26,215 nucleotides of DNA from Candidatus Rokuibacteriota bacterium. GTDB lineage: Bacteria; Methylomirabilota; Methylomirabilia; Rokubacteriales; CSP1-6. The notes under the pieces are model-generated. The model was given only the letters and a program-made list of their open reading frames with translations. It ran no database searches and was not told the origin of the DNA. Shown piece after piece: positions 8,945 to 16,645 of the stretch (position 1 is its first letter; each line of letters starts with the position of its first letter). The DNA lies in the NCBI GenBank assembly GCA_016184305.1, contig JACPCX010000139.1:1-26215 (forward strand). Reading direction: 5' to 3'. The translations under genes were made by a program, and so were the position numbers.

Positions 8945-9943
8945 GACCCGCACCCCGCAGCCCGGGAAGCGGCAGCCCAGGTCCCGGTGCTTCAGCGCGC
9001 GCCTCAGGGCCGGCGGAATCGTCCGGGTCCGGGCGCCGATCTCGACAACGCGCCCGTCCGGCTCGTGGCGCATGACCACACGGCTTGCCTCGCAGGCCAG
9101 CCGCCGCGACGTTTCCGCGGAAACGTGGGCGCCGTCCTCGAGAACGGACTGGCCGGGCTGCTCGGGGTCCGCCAGCACCGGCGCATCCACATGGACCACC
9201 ACCTGGTACCGCTCCCCCGCGGTGCCGGGATCGAGTTCGTGGTGGAGCGCGCTCTCGGCGAGCAGCGCCAGCGCGTCCGCCTGCTGCTGGGCCTTGCTCG
9301 GCGGGTCTGCTGAAGGGTTCACCGGGGGGGTCGTGGTCCCTTCACTTCGGGCGCGCTGGTACAGCGTCTCGCGGGCCGCGTCCAGCGCCCGCACGAGCAG
9401 CGCCCCCACCTCCGGCTCGAGCCGTCCCCGGACCACCACCATGCCGTCCTCGTCCTGGTAGACGTGAAGCGCGCGCCCCGCGTGCTGCCGCGCGCTCTCC
9501 CGTGCCTCGGCCTGCCGATCGACCCGCCGCCAGCCGCGCACGATCCGCTCGACGTGAGCGGCCGTGCCGCCCCGGCCGACGGTGAGGAGGCGCGCTTCGG
9601 TCTCCGGAGTGGCGACCCGCGTCAGCGCCCGCACCTTGGCGTACGACAGTTCCCCGCGCGCCAGGGCCTGGGCGAGGAGCGGCAGCGTCCCGAGGGCGCG
9701 CGCCACGCGCACCCTCTCCCGCGCCGCACCGAGATCGAGCCCCACGGGCCAGCTCAGCCAGGCGGCGCAGGAGCGGAACCCGCTGTTCCAGCCGCTCAGG
9801 GCGTCGAACTCGCGGATGAGGTCGAGGAGGCGGGCGGTGGCGGCATCCAGCTGCGCCGACAGCTCGGCGATCTGATCCCCGAGCCGGTCAAGCTCGGCGG
9901 CGGCACTGGGGGTGGCGACGATGGCTGGCGCGTGCATCTGCAT
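8937..9943 (-). pseudogene. DUF222 (13E12-repeat-like) protein; the associated HNH nuclease domain is cut off
   Basis: LGDQIAELSAQLDAATARLLDLIREFD..GFRSCAAWLSW..ARERVRVARALGTLP..GELSYAKVRALTRVAT..ETSRRLACEA..RTIPPALRRALKHRDLGCRFPGCG; similarity stops just before the expected HH..W..GG.T...NL..LC..HH. Confidence 0.85.
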
Positions 9944-9997
9944 GGCGACTCACTGGGGGTGGCGACGATGGCTGGCGCGTGCATCTGCATGGCGACT
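9904..9997. repeat. Perfect 47-bp tandem duplication covering the DUF222 start codon
   Basis: cactgggggtggcgacgatggctggcgcgtgcatctgcatggcgact at 9904-9950 and 9951-9997. Confidence 0.97.
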
Positions 9998-10020
9998 TCC
10001 CTCCTCGTGCCACGACTCTA

Positions 10021-10111
10021 CACCCCGGTTTCGGCTCCCCCTGGGAGCGTCCGGGGTGGGCGATTCGAGAACGAGGAATGGGTTTCGGCGCCCCTCCCCC
10101 TCGTTCGCCCA
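10021..10111. repeat. Two adjacent stem-loops upstream of DUF222
   Basis: CACCCCGG(10021-28)/CCGGGGTG(10051-58) enclosing GCTCCC/GGGAGC; GAACGAGG(10069-76)/CCTCGTTC(10099-106); GGTTTCGGC occurs in both (10027, 10081). Confidence 0.7.
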
Positions 10112-10259
10112 TCGTCGCGCCAATGCGGGCCCCTCGGCCGGCATCCCTCGAGCGCCGCCGACACTCGCCCGCCGTGCCTCGACGGGGCTGTCAAGCAGAA
10201 AAAGCGGGCGAACCGCGGGGGGTGCGCCCGACGCCTCGAGGCCCCGAGGACCGCTCACT

Positions 10260-10615
10260 TCAGAAAAGCGGCCGCTGGCCGCTCGGCTCAACCCTCTTGA
10301 TGTTCCGCCAGATGGTCAGGCCGGCGGGGTGACGGGCGAAAAACAGGAGGTGGTACATCGGGACGTTCTTCTCATTCCTGAAGCACGGATCAGCCTCGTC
10401 CTGGAACTCGAAGCCGATCGTGGGCATCTTCCTCCGGAAGCGCTCCACCCAGGGCTTGTCCAGGGCCTCGAATTCCTCCGGGCTCAGCCGCCGCCCTGCC
10501 GCAACCTTGGCGGCCGGGAGATCGCGCCACTCCCGCCCACGCCACAGCCTGTCCAGGGGGCTCTCTTGTCGCTTCGCAAACCGACGCAGGTTGCGGGCGA
10601 TTCCGATTCCACCCC
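10260..10615 (-). pseudogene. Three-Cys-motif partner protein TcmP, C-terminal fragment
   Basis: GGIGIARNLRRF..LDRLWRGREWR..FRNEKNVPMYHLLFFARHPAGLTIWRNIKRVEPSGQRPLF resembles TcmP C-termini; lies downstream of a DUF5131 remnant on the same strand; no plausible N-terminal half. Confidence 0.7.
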
Positions 10616-10650
10616 GACGCCCTGGCCCTCGTCGGCGGCGGAGGAGGGCG

Positions 10651-11220
10651 ATGCAGAGACTATTCTGTATCAGAAACCGCACACTGGCGGCTGGCTTCAG
10701 CACGGAGGACAATTCAGGGGCTGTGGCCACGCCTGCAGCGGAACTGTACGCCTACCTCGCTGGCGCCATAGACGCCGACGGTTTCATCACGATCAGTCGG
10801 AGCACTCCTTCGAAGACTCGGCGCGACGGGCGCAGATCTACGTACTACACGGCCAAGATCGGCCTCTCCGAGATCAAAGCGACGATCCCGGATCTGCTCC
10901 AAGGCACCTTCGGCGGTTGGCGAGGGATACACGTACCCAAGGACCCACGACATCGCCCGTGGCACCTGTGGCAAGCTACGAATCAGCTTGCCGCATCCGC
11001 GCTGCGTCATCTTCTCCCGCATCTTAGGCTCAAGCGCCGTCAGGCGCAGTTGGTCATCGAGTTCGCAGCCAGGACAGCGAGGACCCGGCGAGGCCCCATC
11101 GGCGACGATGAAAGGGGGGCGCGCGAGCACCTCTACGTTGAGGTGACGCGCTTAAACGATCCGCGCAATCGTCGAGTCCATCCACCTGTAGGGAATCCCT
11201 ACGACATGTCCGGGCACTGA
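10651..11220 (+). CDS. Free-standing single-motif LAGLIDADG homing-endonuclease-like protein
   Basis: [18 protein letters not shown] motif, then [53 protein letters not shown] 10651 follows GGAGGAGG; alternative GTG start at 10723. Confidence 0.88.
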   Translation: MQRLFCIRNRTLAAGFSTEDNSGAVATPAAELYAYLAGAIDADGFITISRSTPSKTRRDGRRSTYYTAKIGLSEIKATIPDLLQGTFGGWRGIHVPKDPRHRPWHLWQATNQLAASALRHLLPHLRLKRRQAQLVIEFAARTARTRRGPIGDDERGAREHLYVEVTRLNDPRNRRVHPPVGNPYDMSGH

Positions 11221-11510
11221 TTCCATTCCACTCCATCAAGAAGCCTTCCACCGCTTCGCGAATTTCGACCGCCAGCTTGCTTGAAGAAGAAGGGAACCGT
11301 ATGGATATAGTCGTCCGGCACGGCCTCGTGGAAGAGGTCGCTCATGCTGTTGACGAAGATCCGCCGGGGCCGACGCCAGCGGAGGGGCAGGCCGAGCTGG
11401 TCCGGCTGCAGCGTCACGGCGAAGTCATTCCGGTATCGCGGATTGCCCATCGCCCGGAGCCGGAGGGCGAGCCGCTCGGCGTCGCAGTGCTTGCAGCCCG
11501 GGCTGACCTT
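11199..11510 (-). pseudogene. DUF5131 / phage Gp37Gp68-like three-Cys-motif protein, lacking its N-terminus and most of its middle
   Basis: [69 protein letters not shown] joined directly to the family's C-terminal [24 protein letters not shown]. Confidence 0.88.
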
Positions 11511-12376
11511 AGCATCTCCGCGAGGCGGGCGAAGTCGGCGAGGGAGACCGTCTCGGCGCGGCGGGCGGGGTCGATGCCGATCCCCGTGAGCCGCTCTCTC
11601 AGGCGCTCCACCGGGAGGCCGAGGGCCGAGCCGAGCGCATTGGCGAGATTCTTCCGGCGCTGGGAAAATGCCGCGAGCACCACCGCGCGGAAGTGGTCCG
11701 GATCGGCCACGGCGACGGGAGGGGCGGCCAGGACGCGCAGGTGGATCACCGCCGAGTCCACCTGGGGCGGCGGGCGGAAGGCTCCGGGGGGCACGGCGAA
11801 GGCCACAACCACGTCGGCCACCATCTGGCTCAGCACGGAGAGGCTACCATAGGTGCGGCTGCCGGGCCCGGCGGCGACCCGCTCCGCCACCTCGCGCTGG
11901 AGCATGAGGACCATCTCCATGGGGGCCAGCCGGGCAATGGCGGGCCCGGCGGTGAGGAGCGCGCTCAGGATGGCCGTGCCGACGCTGTACGGGAGGTTCC
12001 CGACCACGAGCACCCGCCCCGCGGGATCGGGCCTGAGCCCGGGCAGCGCCGCGTAGTCGTGACGGATGGCGTCGGCCTCGAGAATCTCCACGTGAGGGGT
12101 GCCGGCGAAGCGCTCCCGGAGGCGGGCGGCGAGATCCGGGTCCACTTCCAGCGCCACCAGGCGGCCCGCGCTAGCGGCGAGATGGCCGGTCAGCGCCCCC
12201 TCACCCGGCCCGATCTCGACGACGAGGTCTCTCGCCGTCGGACTCACCAGCTCCACGATCCGCCGCGCGACGTCCTCGTCACGGAGGGAATGCTGGCCCA
12301 GCGCCCGGCGCTTCCCCGAAGTCGCCCGCCGCGCGGCGGGCCGTACGGTTGCGCGCGCGTTGCGGCGCGGGCTCAT
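11414..12376 (-). CDS. rsmA: 16S rRNA adenine dimethyltransferase RsmA/KsgA (last ~30 residues are read-through into the DUF5131 remnant)
   Basis: [86 protein letters not shown]; similarity ends near 11510. Confidence 0.95.
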   Translation of the reverse strand: MSPRRNARATVRPAARRATSGKRRALGQHSLRDEDVARRIVELVSPTARDLVVEIGPGEGALTGHLAASAGRLVALEVDPDLAARLRERFAGTPHVEILEADAIRHDYAALPGLRPDPAGRVLVVGNLPYSVGTAILSALLTAGPAIARLAPMEMVLMLQREVAERVAAGPGSRTYGSLSVLSQMVADVVVAFAVPPGAFRPPPQVDSAVIHLRVLAAPPVAVADPDHFRAVVLAAFSQRRKNLANALGSALGLPVERLRERLTGIGIDPARRAETVSLADFARLAEMLRSARAASTATPSGSPSGSGRWAIRDTGMTSP

Positions 12377-12441
12377 CCAGGTCGCCTGAATGTGGATGAG
12401 TTCGGGCGGCGGCTTGGCCTCTTCGCGCCTCCGGCGCTCAT
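12373..12441 (-). other. 22-aa mini-ORF coupled to coaE and rsmA; possible remnant of a deleted gene
   Basis: [26 protein letters not shown] overlaps with both the coaE stop (12438-12441) and the rsmA start (12373-12376). Confidence 0.45.
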
Positions 12442-13076
12442 CGGGGCGCCCGGGCTCGCTGAGCCCGAAGATCGTTGAGCAAGGCGCGGTGGACCTGGCG
12501 CACCTGGGCCTCCGTGTCGGCGCGGCTTCGGGAATTGTCGATGACGTAGTGGGCGCGCCTGGCCTTCTCGGCGACGGGCATCTGGCTCCGGATCCGGGCG
12601 CGGGCGTCAGCCTCGCTCGTCCAGTCGCGCGCCCTCAGTCGCTCGAGCTGTATCGCCTCGTCGACGACGACCACGATGACCCGGTCCATGCCGGCCGCGG
12701 CCCCGACCTCGAAGAGCAGCGGCACGTCCCAGATGACCACACCCTCGAACTGCTCTTCCTCCAGCGCGCGGAGGAGGCGCTCCTGGCGGGCGCGCACGGC
12801 GGGGTGGACGATGGCCTCGATCCGCTTGCGCCGCTCCGGGTCGGCGAAGACGATGGAGCCCAGGCGCTTCCGGTCGAGATAGCCGTCGTCCTGGACGATC
12901 TCGCGGCCGAACTCGGCCACGATGGCAGCGAAGGCCGGCTGACCCGGGGCCACCGCCTCGCGCGCGAGCAGGTCGGCGTCGATCACCTTGCAGCCGAGGT
13001 GGGCGAACATGGCGCTCACCGTGCTCTTGCCCGTGGCGATGCCGCCCGTGAGCCCCGCGAGGAGGAAGGTCCTCAT
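12438..13076 (-). CDS. coaE: Dephospho-CoA kinase
   Basis: GLTGGIATGKSTVS, VIDADLLARE, LDRKRLGSIVFAD, IVHPAVR, DVPLLFE, ARIRSQMP; ATG 13076 overlaps the polA stop. Confidence 0.96.
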   Translation of the reverse strand: MRTFLLAGLTGGIATGKSTVSAMFAHLGCKVIDADLLAREAVAPGQPAFAAIVAEFGREIVQDDGYLDRKRLGSIVFADPERRKRIEAIVHPAVRARQERLLRALEEEQFEGVVIWDVPLLFEVGAAAGMDRVIVVVVDEAIQLERLRARDWTSEADARARIRSQMPVAEKARRAHYVIDNSRSRADTEAQVRQVHRALLNDLRAQRARAPR

Positions 13077-15610
13077 ACCTGGGCCCAGTCGGTGCCCGCC
13101 TTGATGTCCACCTTGAGCGGCACCGCCAGCGTCATGGAGGACTCCATCAGCTCGGCGGCGAGCGCTTCCAGCGGGAGGACCTCGTCCTCCGGCGCCTCGA
13201 AGAGCAGCTCGTCGTGCACCTGGAGCAGCATGCGGCTCCTGAGCCCGCGCTCGCCGAGCGCGCGGTGGAGCCTGACCATGGCGATCTTGATCAGATCGGC
13301 GGCCGTGCCCTGGATGGGGGCATTGGTCGCCATGCGCTCGGCGAAGCCGCGGAGGTTGGGGTTGCCGCTCCTGAGCTCGGGCAGGTAGCGGCGCCGGCCG
13401 GTGAGCGTCGCGACCCAGCCCCGCTCCCGCCCCTCGACCACCGTCCGCTCGAGGTAGGCCTTGACCTTCGGGTGGCGAGTGAAGAAGCGATCGAGGAACT
13501 CCTGCGCCTCCTTCTGCGAGATGGCCAGGCCCCGCGACAGCCCGAAGGCCGTGACGCCGTAGATCACCGAGAAGTTCGTCGTCTTGGCCACATCCCGCTG
13601 CTCGGAGGTGACGGCCTCGAGCGGCACGCCGAAGACCTCGGAGGCGGTGCGCCGGTGAATATCCTCGCCGCGCCGGAAGGCCTCGACGAGGCTCTCCTCG
13701 CCGGACACGTGGGCCAGGATGCGCAGCTCGATCTGCGAGTAGTCGGCCGCAACGAAGCGCCAGCCCGGCTCCGGCACGAAGGCCGCGCGGATCCGCCGGC
13801 CGAGCTCGGTCCGGATGGGGATGTTCTGCAGGTTCGGATTGGACGACGACAATCGCCCAGTGGCCGCCACGAGCTGGTTGAACGAGGTGTGGATGCGGCC
13901 CGTGCGGGAATTGATCAGCGTCGGGAGCGCATCCGCGTAGGTGGACTTGAGCTTGGCGAGGATCCGGTGCTCGATGAGCTTTGCCGGCAGCGGGTGCGCC
14001 AAGGCCAGCTGCTCGAGCACGTCCGCGTCGGTGGAGTAGCCGGTCTTGGTCTTCTTGACCGGCGGCAGCTTGAGCTTCTCGAACAGGATCATGGCCAGCT
14101 GCTTGGGCGAGGAGAGGTTGAACTCCTCGCCGGCGAGGACGTGGATCTCTCGCGTGAGGGCGTCCAGGCTCCGCTCGAGCTCCCTGGAGAACTCGATGAG
14201 GCGGTCCGGATCCGCGCGGATCCCGTGGCGCTCCATGGCGGCGAGCACGGGCACCAGCGGCCGCTCGATCTCCTCGTAGAGCACCCGCAACCCCGCCGTT
14301 TCGAGGGCCGGCCGCTCGCCCTCCCAGAGCCGCCACACCCACTGCGCGCGAGCGCCGGGCCGCGTGAGCCCCGGGCCTTCACCGACGATCTCGGCACAGA
14401 CCTCCTCGAGCCGGTAGTTGGTGCGGGCAGGGTTGAGCAGGTACGCGGCGACCGCGGTGTCCTCGATGGACGGCGGTGCCGCGCCCCGGGCGAGCCACCA
14501 CTCGAGCACGGGCTTCAGGTCGTGGCCGATGAGGGCGCGGCCGCCCAGATCCGGCACGCCGGCGAGGGCGAGGCGCACGCCGCCGGCCGCCGGATGGAAA
14601 AGCCCGAGCGCCGTCACCTCGGGCTCGGGCGGGCCTCCCTGCCCGACCCAGTCCGCCGCCAGCGCCTCGCCCGCGGGCATTCGCGCCAGATAATCCGCGA
14701 GAGCCTCCGGTGAGGCGAGTGCGGGCTCGTCGTCCAGGATGGCCGCGGATGCCTCCTCGGGCAGCTGGCGGAGCAGGGTGTGAAGCTCGAGCTCGCTCCA
14801 CAGCGCCCGCAGCCGCTCCCAGTCCGGCTCCTGGCACCGGAACGTGGAGAGATCCTCGGAGAGCGGCACGCTGGCGCGCACGGTGGCCAGCTCGCGCGAG
14901 AGGAGGGCCTGCTTGCGGTTCGCGGCGAGCGTCTCGCGCAGCTTGCCGGGCACCAGCGTCAGGTTGTCGTAGAGCCGCTCGACGCTGCCGAACTGGCCGA
15001 TGAGCTTCACGGCCGTCTTCTGCCCCACCCCGGGCACGCCGGGGATATTGTCGATGCTGTCGCCCATGAGGGCGAGGAGGTCGGGGATCTGCGCCGGCTC
15101 CACGCCCCACTTCTCCCTCACCTGCCCCTCGTCCAGCAAGACGCGCTCGCCGCGGGGTCCGGGCGAGAGCACCCGCACCCGCGGGCCCACCAGCTGGAGC
15201 ATGTCCTTGTCGCTGCTGACGAGGACAAGCTCCAGGGGCAGCTCCTGCGTGCGGGCCACCAGGCTGCCCAGCACGTCGTCGGCCTCGAAGCCCGGCACCT
15301 CCACGAGCGGGAGGCGCAGCGCCTCGAACAGGGCCTTCACGTAGGGGATCTGGCTGCGGAGGTCGTCGGGCATGCGCGGGCGCGTTGCCTTGTAGGCGGC
15401 GAAGCGCTCCTCGCGGAAGGTCGGCCCCGGCGGGTCCCACGCCACGATGAAGTAGTCGGGGCTCTCCTCGCGCAGGAGCTTCCACACCATGGTGGACATG
15501 CCGAGCACGGCGTGGCAGGGCTGGCCCTTGGAGGTCGAGAGGAAAGGCAGCGCGTGATAAGCGCGGTAGAGGTAGCCCGGCCCGTCCAGCACGAAGAAAC
15601 GCTCGCTCAC
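13073..15610 (-). CDS. polA: DNA polymerase I
   Basis: 5'-3' exonuclease (VLDGPGYLYRAYHA, GFEADDV, GDSIDNIPGVPGVGQKTA); polymerase motifs ATGRLSSSNPNLQNIP, ADYSQIELRILAH, NAPIQGTAADLIK, LLQVHDEL. Start GTG 15610 preferred; 15631 possible. Confidence 0.97.
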   Translation of the reverse strand: MSERFFVLDGPGYLYRAYHALPFLSTSKGQPCHAVLGMSTMVWKLLREESPDYFIVAWDPPGPTFREERFAAYKATRPRMPDDLRSQIPYVKALFEALRLPLVEVPGFEADDVLGSLVARTQELPLELVLVSSDKDMLQLVGPRVRVLSPGPRGERVLLDEGQVREKWGVEPAQIPDLLALMGDSIDNIPGVPGVGQKTAVKLIGQFGSVERLYDNLTLVPGKLRETLAANRKQALLSRELATVRASVPLSEDLSTFRCQEPDWERLRALWSELELHTLLRQLPEEASAAILDDEPALASPEALADYLARMPAGEALAADWVGQGGPPEPEVTALGLFHPAAGGVRLALAGVPDLGGRALIGHDLKPVLEWWLARGAAPPSIEDTAVAAYLLNPARTNYRLEEVCAEIVGEGPGLTRPGARAQWVWRLWEGERPALETAGLRVLYEEIERPLVPVLAAMERHGIRADPDRLIEFSRELERSLDALTREIHVLAGEEFNLSSPKQLAMILFEKLKLPPVKKTKTGYSTDADVLEQLALAHPLPAKLIEHRILAKLKSTYADALPTLINSRTGRIHTSFNQLVAATGRLSSSNPNLQNIPIRTELGRRIRAAFVPEPGWRFVAADYSQIELRILAHVSGEESLVEAFRRGEDIHRRTASEVFGVPLEAVTSEQRDVAKTTNFSVIYGVTAFGLSRGLAISQKEAQEFLDRFFTRHPKVKAYLERTVVEGRERGWVATLTGRRRYLPELRSGNPNLRGFAERMATNAPIQGTAADLIKIAMVRLHRALGERGLRSRMLLQVHDELLFEAPEDEVLPLEALAAELMESSMTLAVPLKVDIKAGTDWAQV

Positions 15611-15682
15611 GGCATCACCGCCGCCGGTCACTCCACTGTCTCGGCGCCGCCGCCAGAAGACTGATCGAGAGTTCTGCGAATC

Positions 15683-15952
15683 CTATGCCGCGCGCAGCGG
15701 GGCCAGATCGTCCCGCTTGAGGGGAGGCAGTCCCAGACCGCGAAGGACCCTGTTCAGGGCCACCGTGGACACCCGGCCCGGGGCAGTGATCTCGATCCCG
15801 ATCGGCTTGCCGCCTCGGCTGAAGTCGATCACCAGCCCCGGTGGGACGCGCGAGGTGCGGTACGACCGCTCGCCCGGTCGGCGCGGCAAGTACAGGTAGG
15901 CGGCCAGCGGGCGCCCGTGTCTGAATGTCACTTCCAGATACGCTCCCTTCAT
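15683..15952 (-). CDS. DUF2283-like small protein, putative antitoxin
   Basis: MKGAYLEVTFRHGRPLAAYLYLPRR..GLVIDFSRGGKPIGIEITAP; the AYLYL and IDF..G..IGIEI pattern matches DUF2283; starts immediately after the upstream ORF. Confidence 0.7.
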   Translation of the reverse strand: MKGAYLEVTFRHGRPLAAYLYLPRRPGERSYRTSRVPPGLVIDFSRGGKPIGIEITAPGRVSTVALNRVLRGLGLPPLKRDDLAPLRAA

Positions 15953-15953
15953 C

Positions 15954-16220
15954 TCACGCCTCCCAGACAGCGTACGCGGTGACAACCACCAGCAACCGGG
16001 CATCAAAGTCGGGCTCGACAATGACCTCCCATGGATGTCGTCGATGACGGGCGACGATCACCCAGCGCCCTTCGACGACGTCGCGCCGATAGGCGCGCGC
16101 GTGCTCAAGCATATGCCGAAGGTCGACCTCCGTAAAGCGGCGATCGGCCATGCGCTTCAGCAGGTTCGGGCTGAGATCGAGCTCCCAGCCCCACCAGAGG
16201 GGCCGCTCACGCCTCGCCAG
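15954..16220 (-). CDS. DUF4258-like small protein, putative toxin (start uncertain)
   Basis: Frame open from CTG 16220: ..PLWWGWELDLSPNLLKRMADRRFTEVDLRHMLE..GRWVI..WEVIVEPD..LLVVVTAY; the RM..R and VVTAY motifs resemble DUF4258. Confidence 0.62.
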   Translation of the reverse strand: MARRERPLWWGWELDLSPNLLKRMADRRFTEVDLRHMLEHARAYRRDVVEGRWVIVARHRRHPWEVIVEPDFDARLLVVVTAYAVWEA

Positions 16221-16332
16221 AGATCACATCCCGCCTTCGTGCATCGCGCTCATTTCACGGCGGCGGGCTTGTCGCGGGGGTCAGGCGAGAGCACCGGCAC
16301 CCGCTGCCCGACCGGCTGGCTTCTCGAGGCGC

Positions 16333-16638
16333 TCATCTGCGCCGCCGTCCGGCGAACACCACGAAGTTCCTGAGCGCCGTGCCGGCCAGGAGCACCCCCG
16401 ACACGACGAGCAGCGAGGCCAGCGTGGCCAGGACTGGCCACCAGGCGCGATCGACGCTCTGCCCGGTAATCCTGTAAAAGTGGGCGGCCGTCCAGGCGCA
16501 CCCGGCCACGGCAACGAGGAGGACGCCGACGTTGTAGGCGCGCACGGCAACGGCCGAGCCGCTCCGAGGCCGGAACCGGACGAACGTCCAGACCGCGAGC
16601 CCGACCAGCGGGAGCAGCGCCGCCAGCGCGAGAGTCAT
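16333..16638 (-). CDS. Small integral membrane protein (about 3 TM), unknown function
   Basis: 101 aa with three hydrophobic stretches; ATG 7 nt after the glnE stop. Confidence 0.7.
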   Translation of the reverse strand: MTLALAALLPLVGLAVWTFVRFRPRSGSAVAVRAYNVGVLLVAVAGCAWTAAHFYRITGQSVDRAWWPVLATLASLLVVSGVLLAGTALRNFVVFAGRRRR

Positions 16639-16645
16639 CGCTGGC

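Noticed and set aside
9904..9997. 47-bp repeat as a CRISPR array
   Set aside because: Only two directly abutting copies, no spacer, coding sequence, no cas genes.
9998..10013. TGGCACG upstream of DUF222 as a sigma54 promoter
   Set aside because: No GC at the -12 position; it overlaps the RBS, and a sigma70-like -10 explains the region better.
10651..11220. LAGLIDADG ORF as an intein or group I intron ORF
   Set aside because: It is antisense to the flanking genes, lacks Cys/Ser-start and His-Asn-end splice motifs, I could not identify intron core elements, and removing it does not restore an intact tcmP.
14300..14750. Degenerate 3'-5' exonuclease region of PolA as another deletion
   Set aside because: The frame is intact and overall length is normal; inactive, shortened proofreading domains are common in bacterial PolA.
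16224..16229. ATG-TGA as selenocysteine read-through
   Set aside because: No identifiable SECIS and no reason for Sec at codon 2 of this family.
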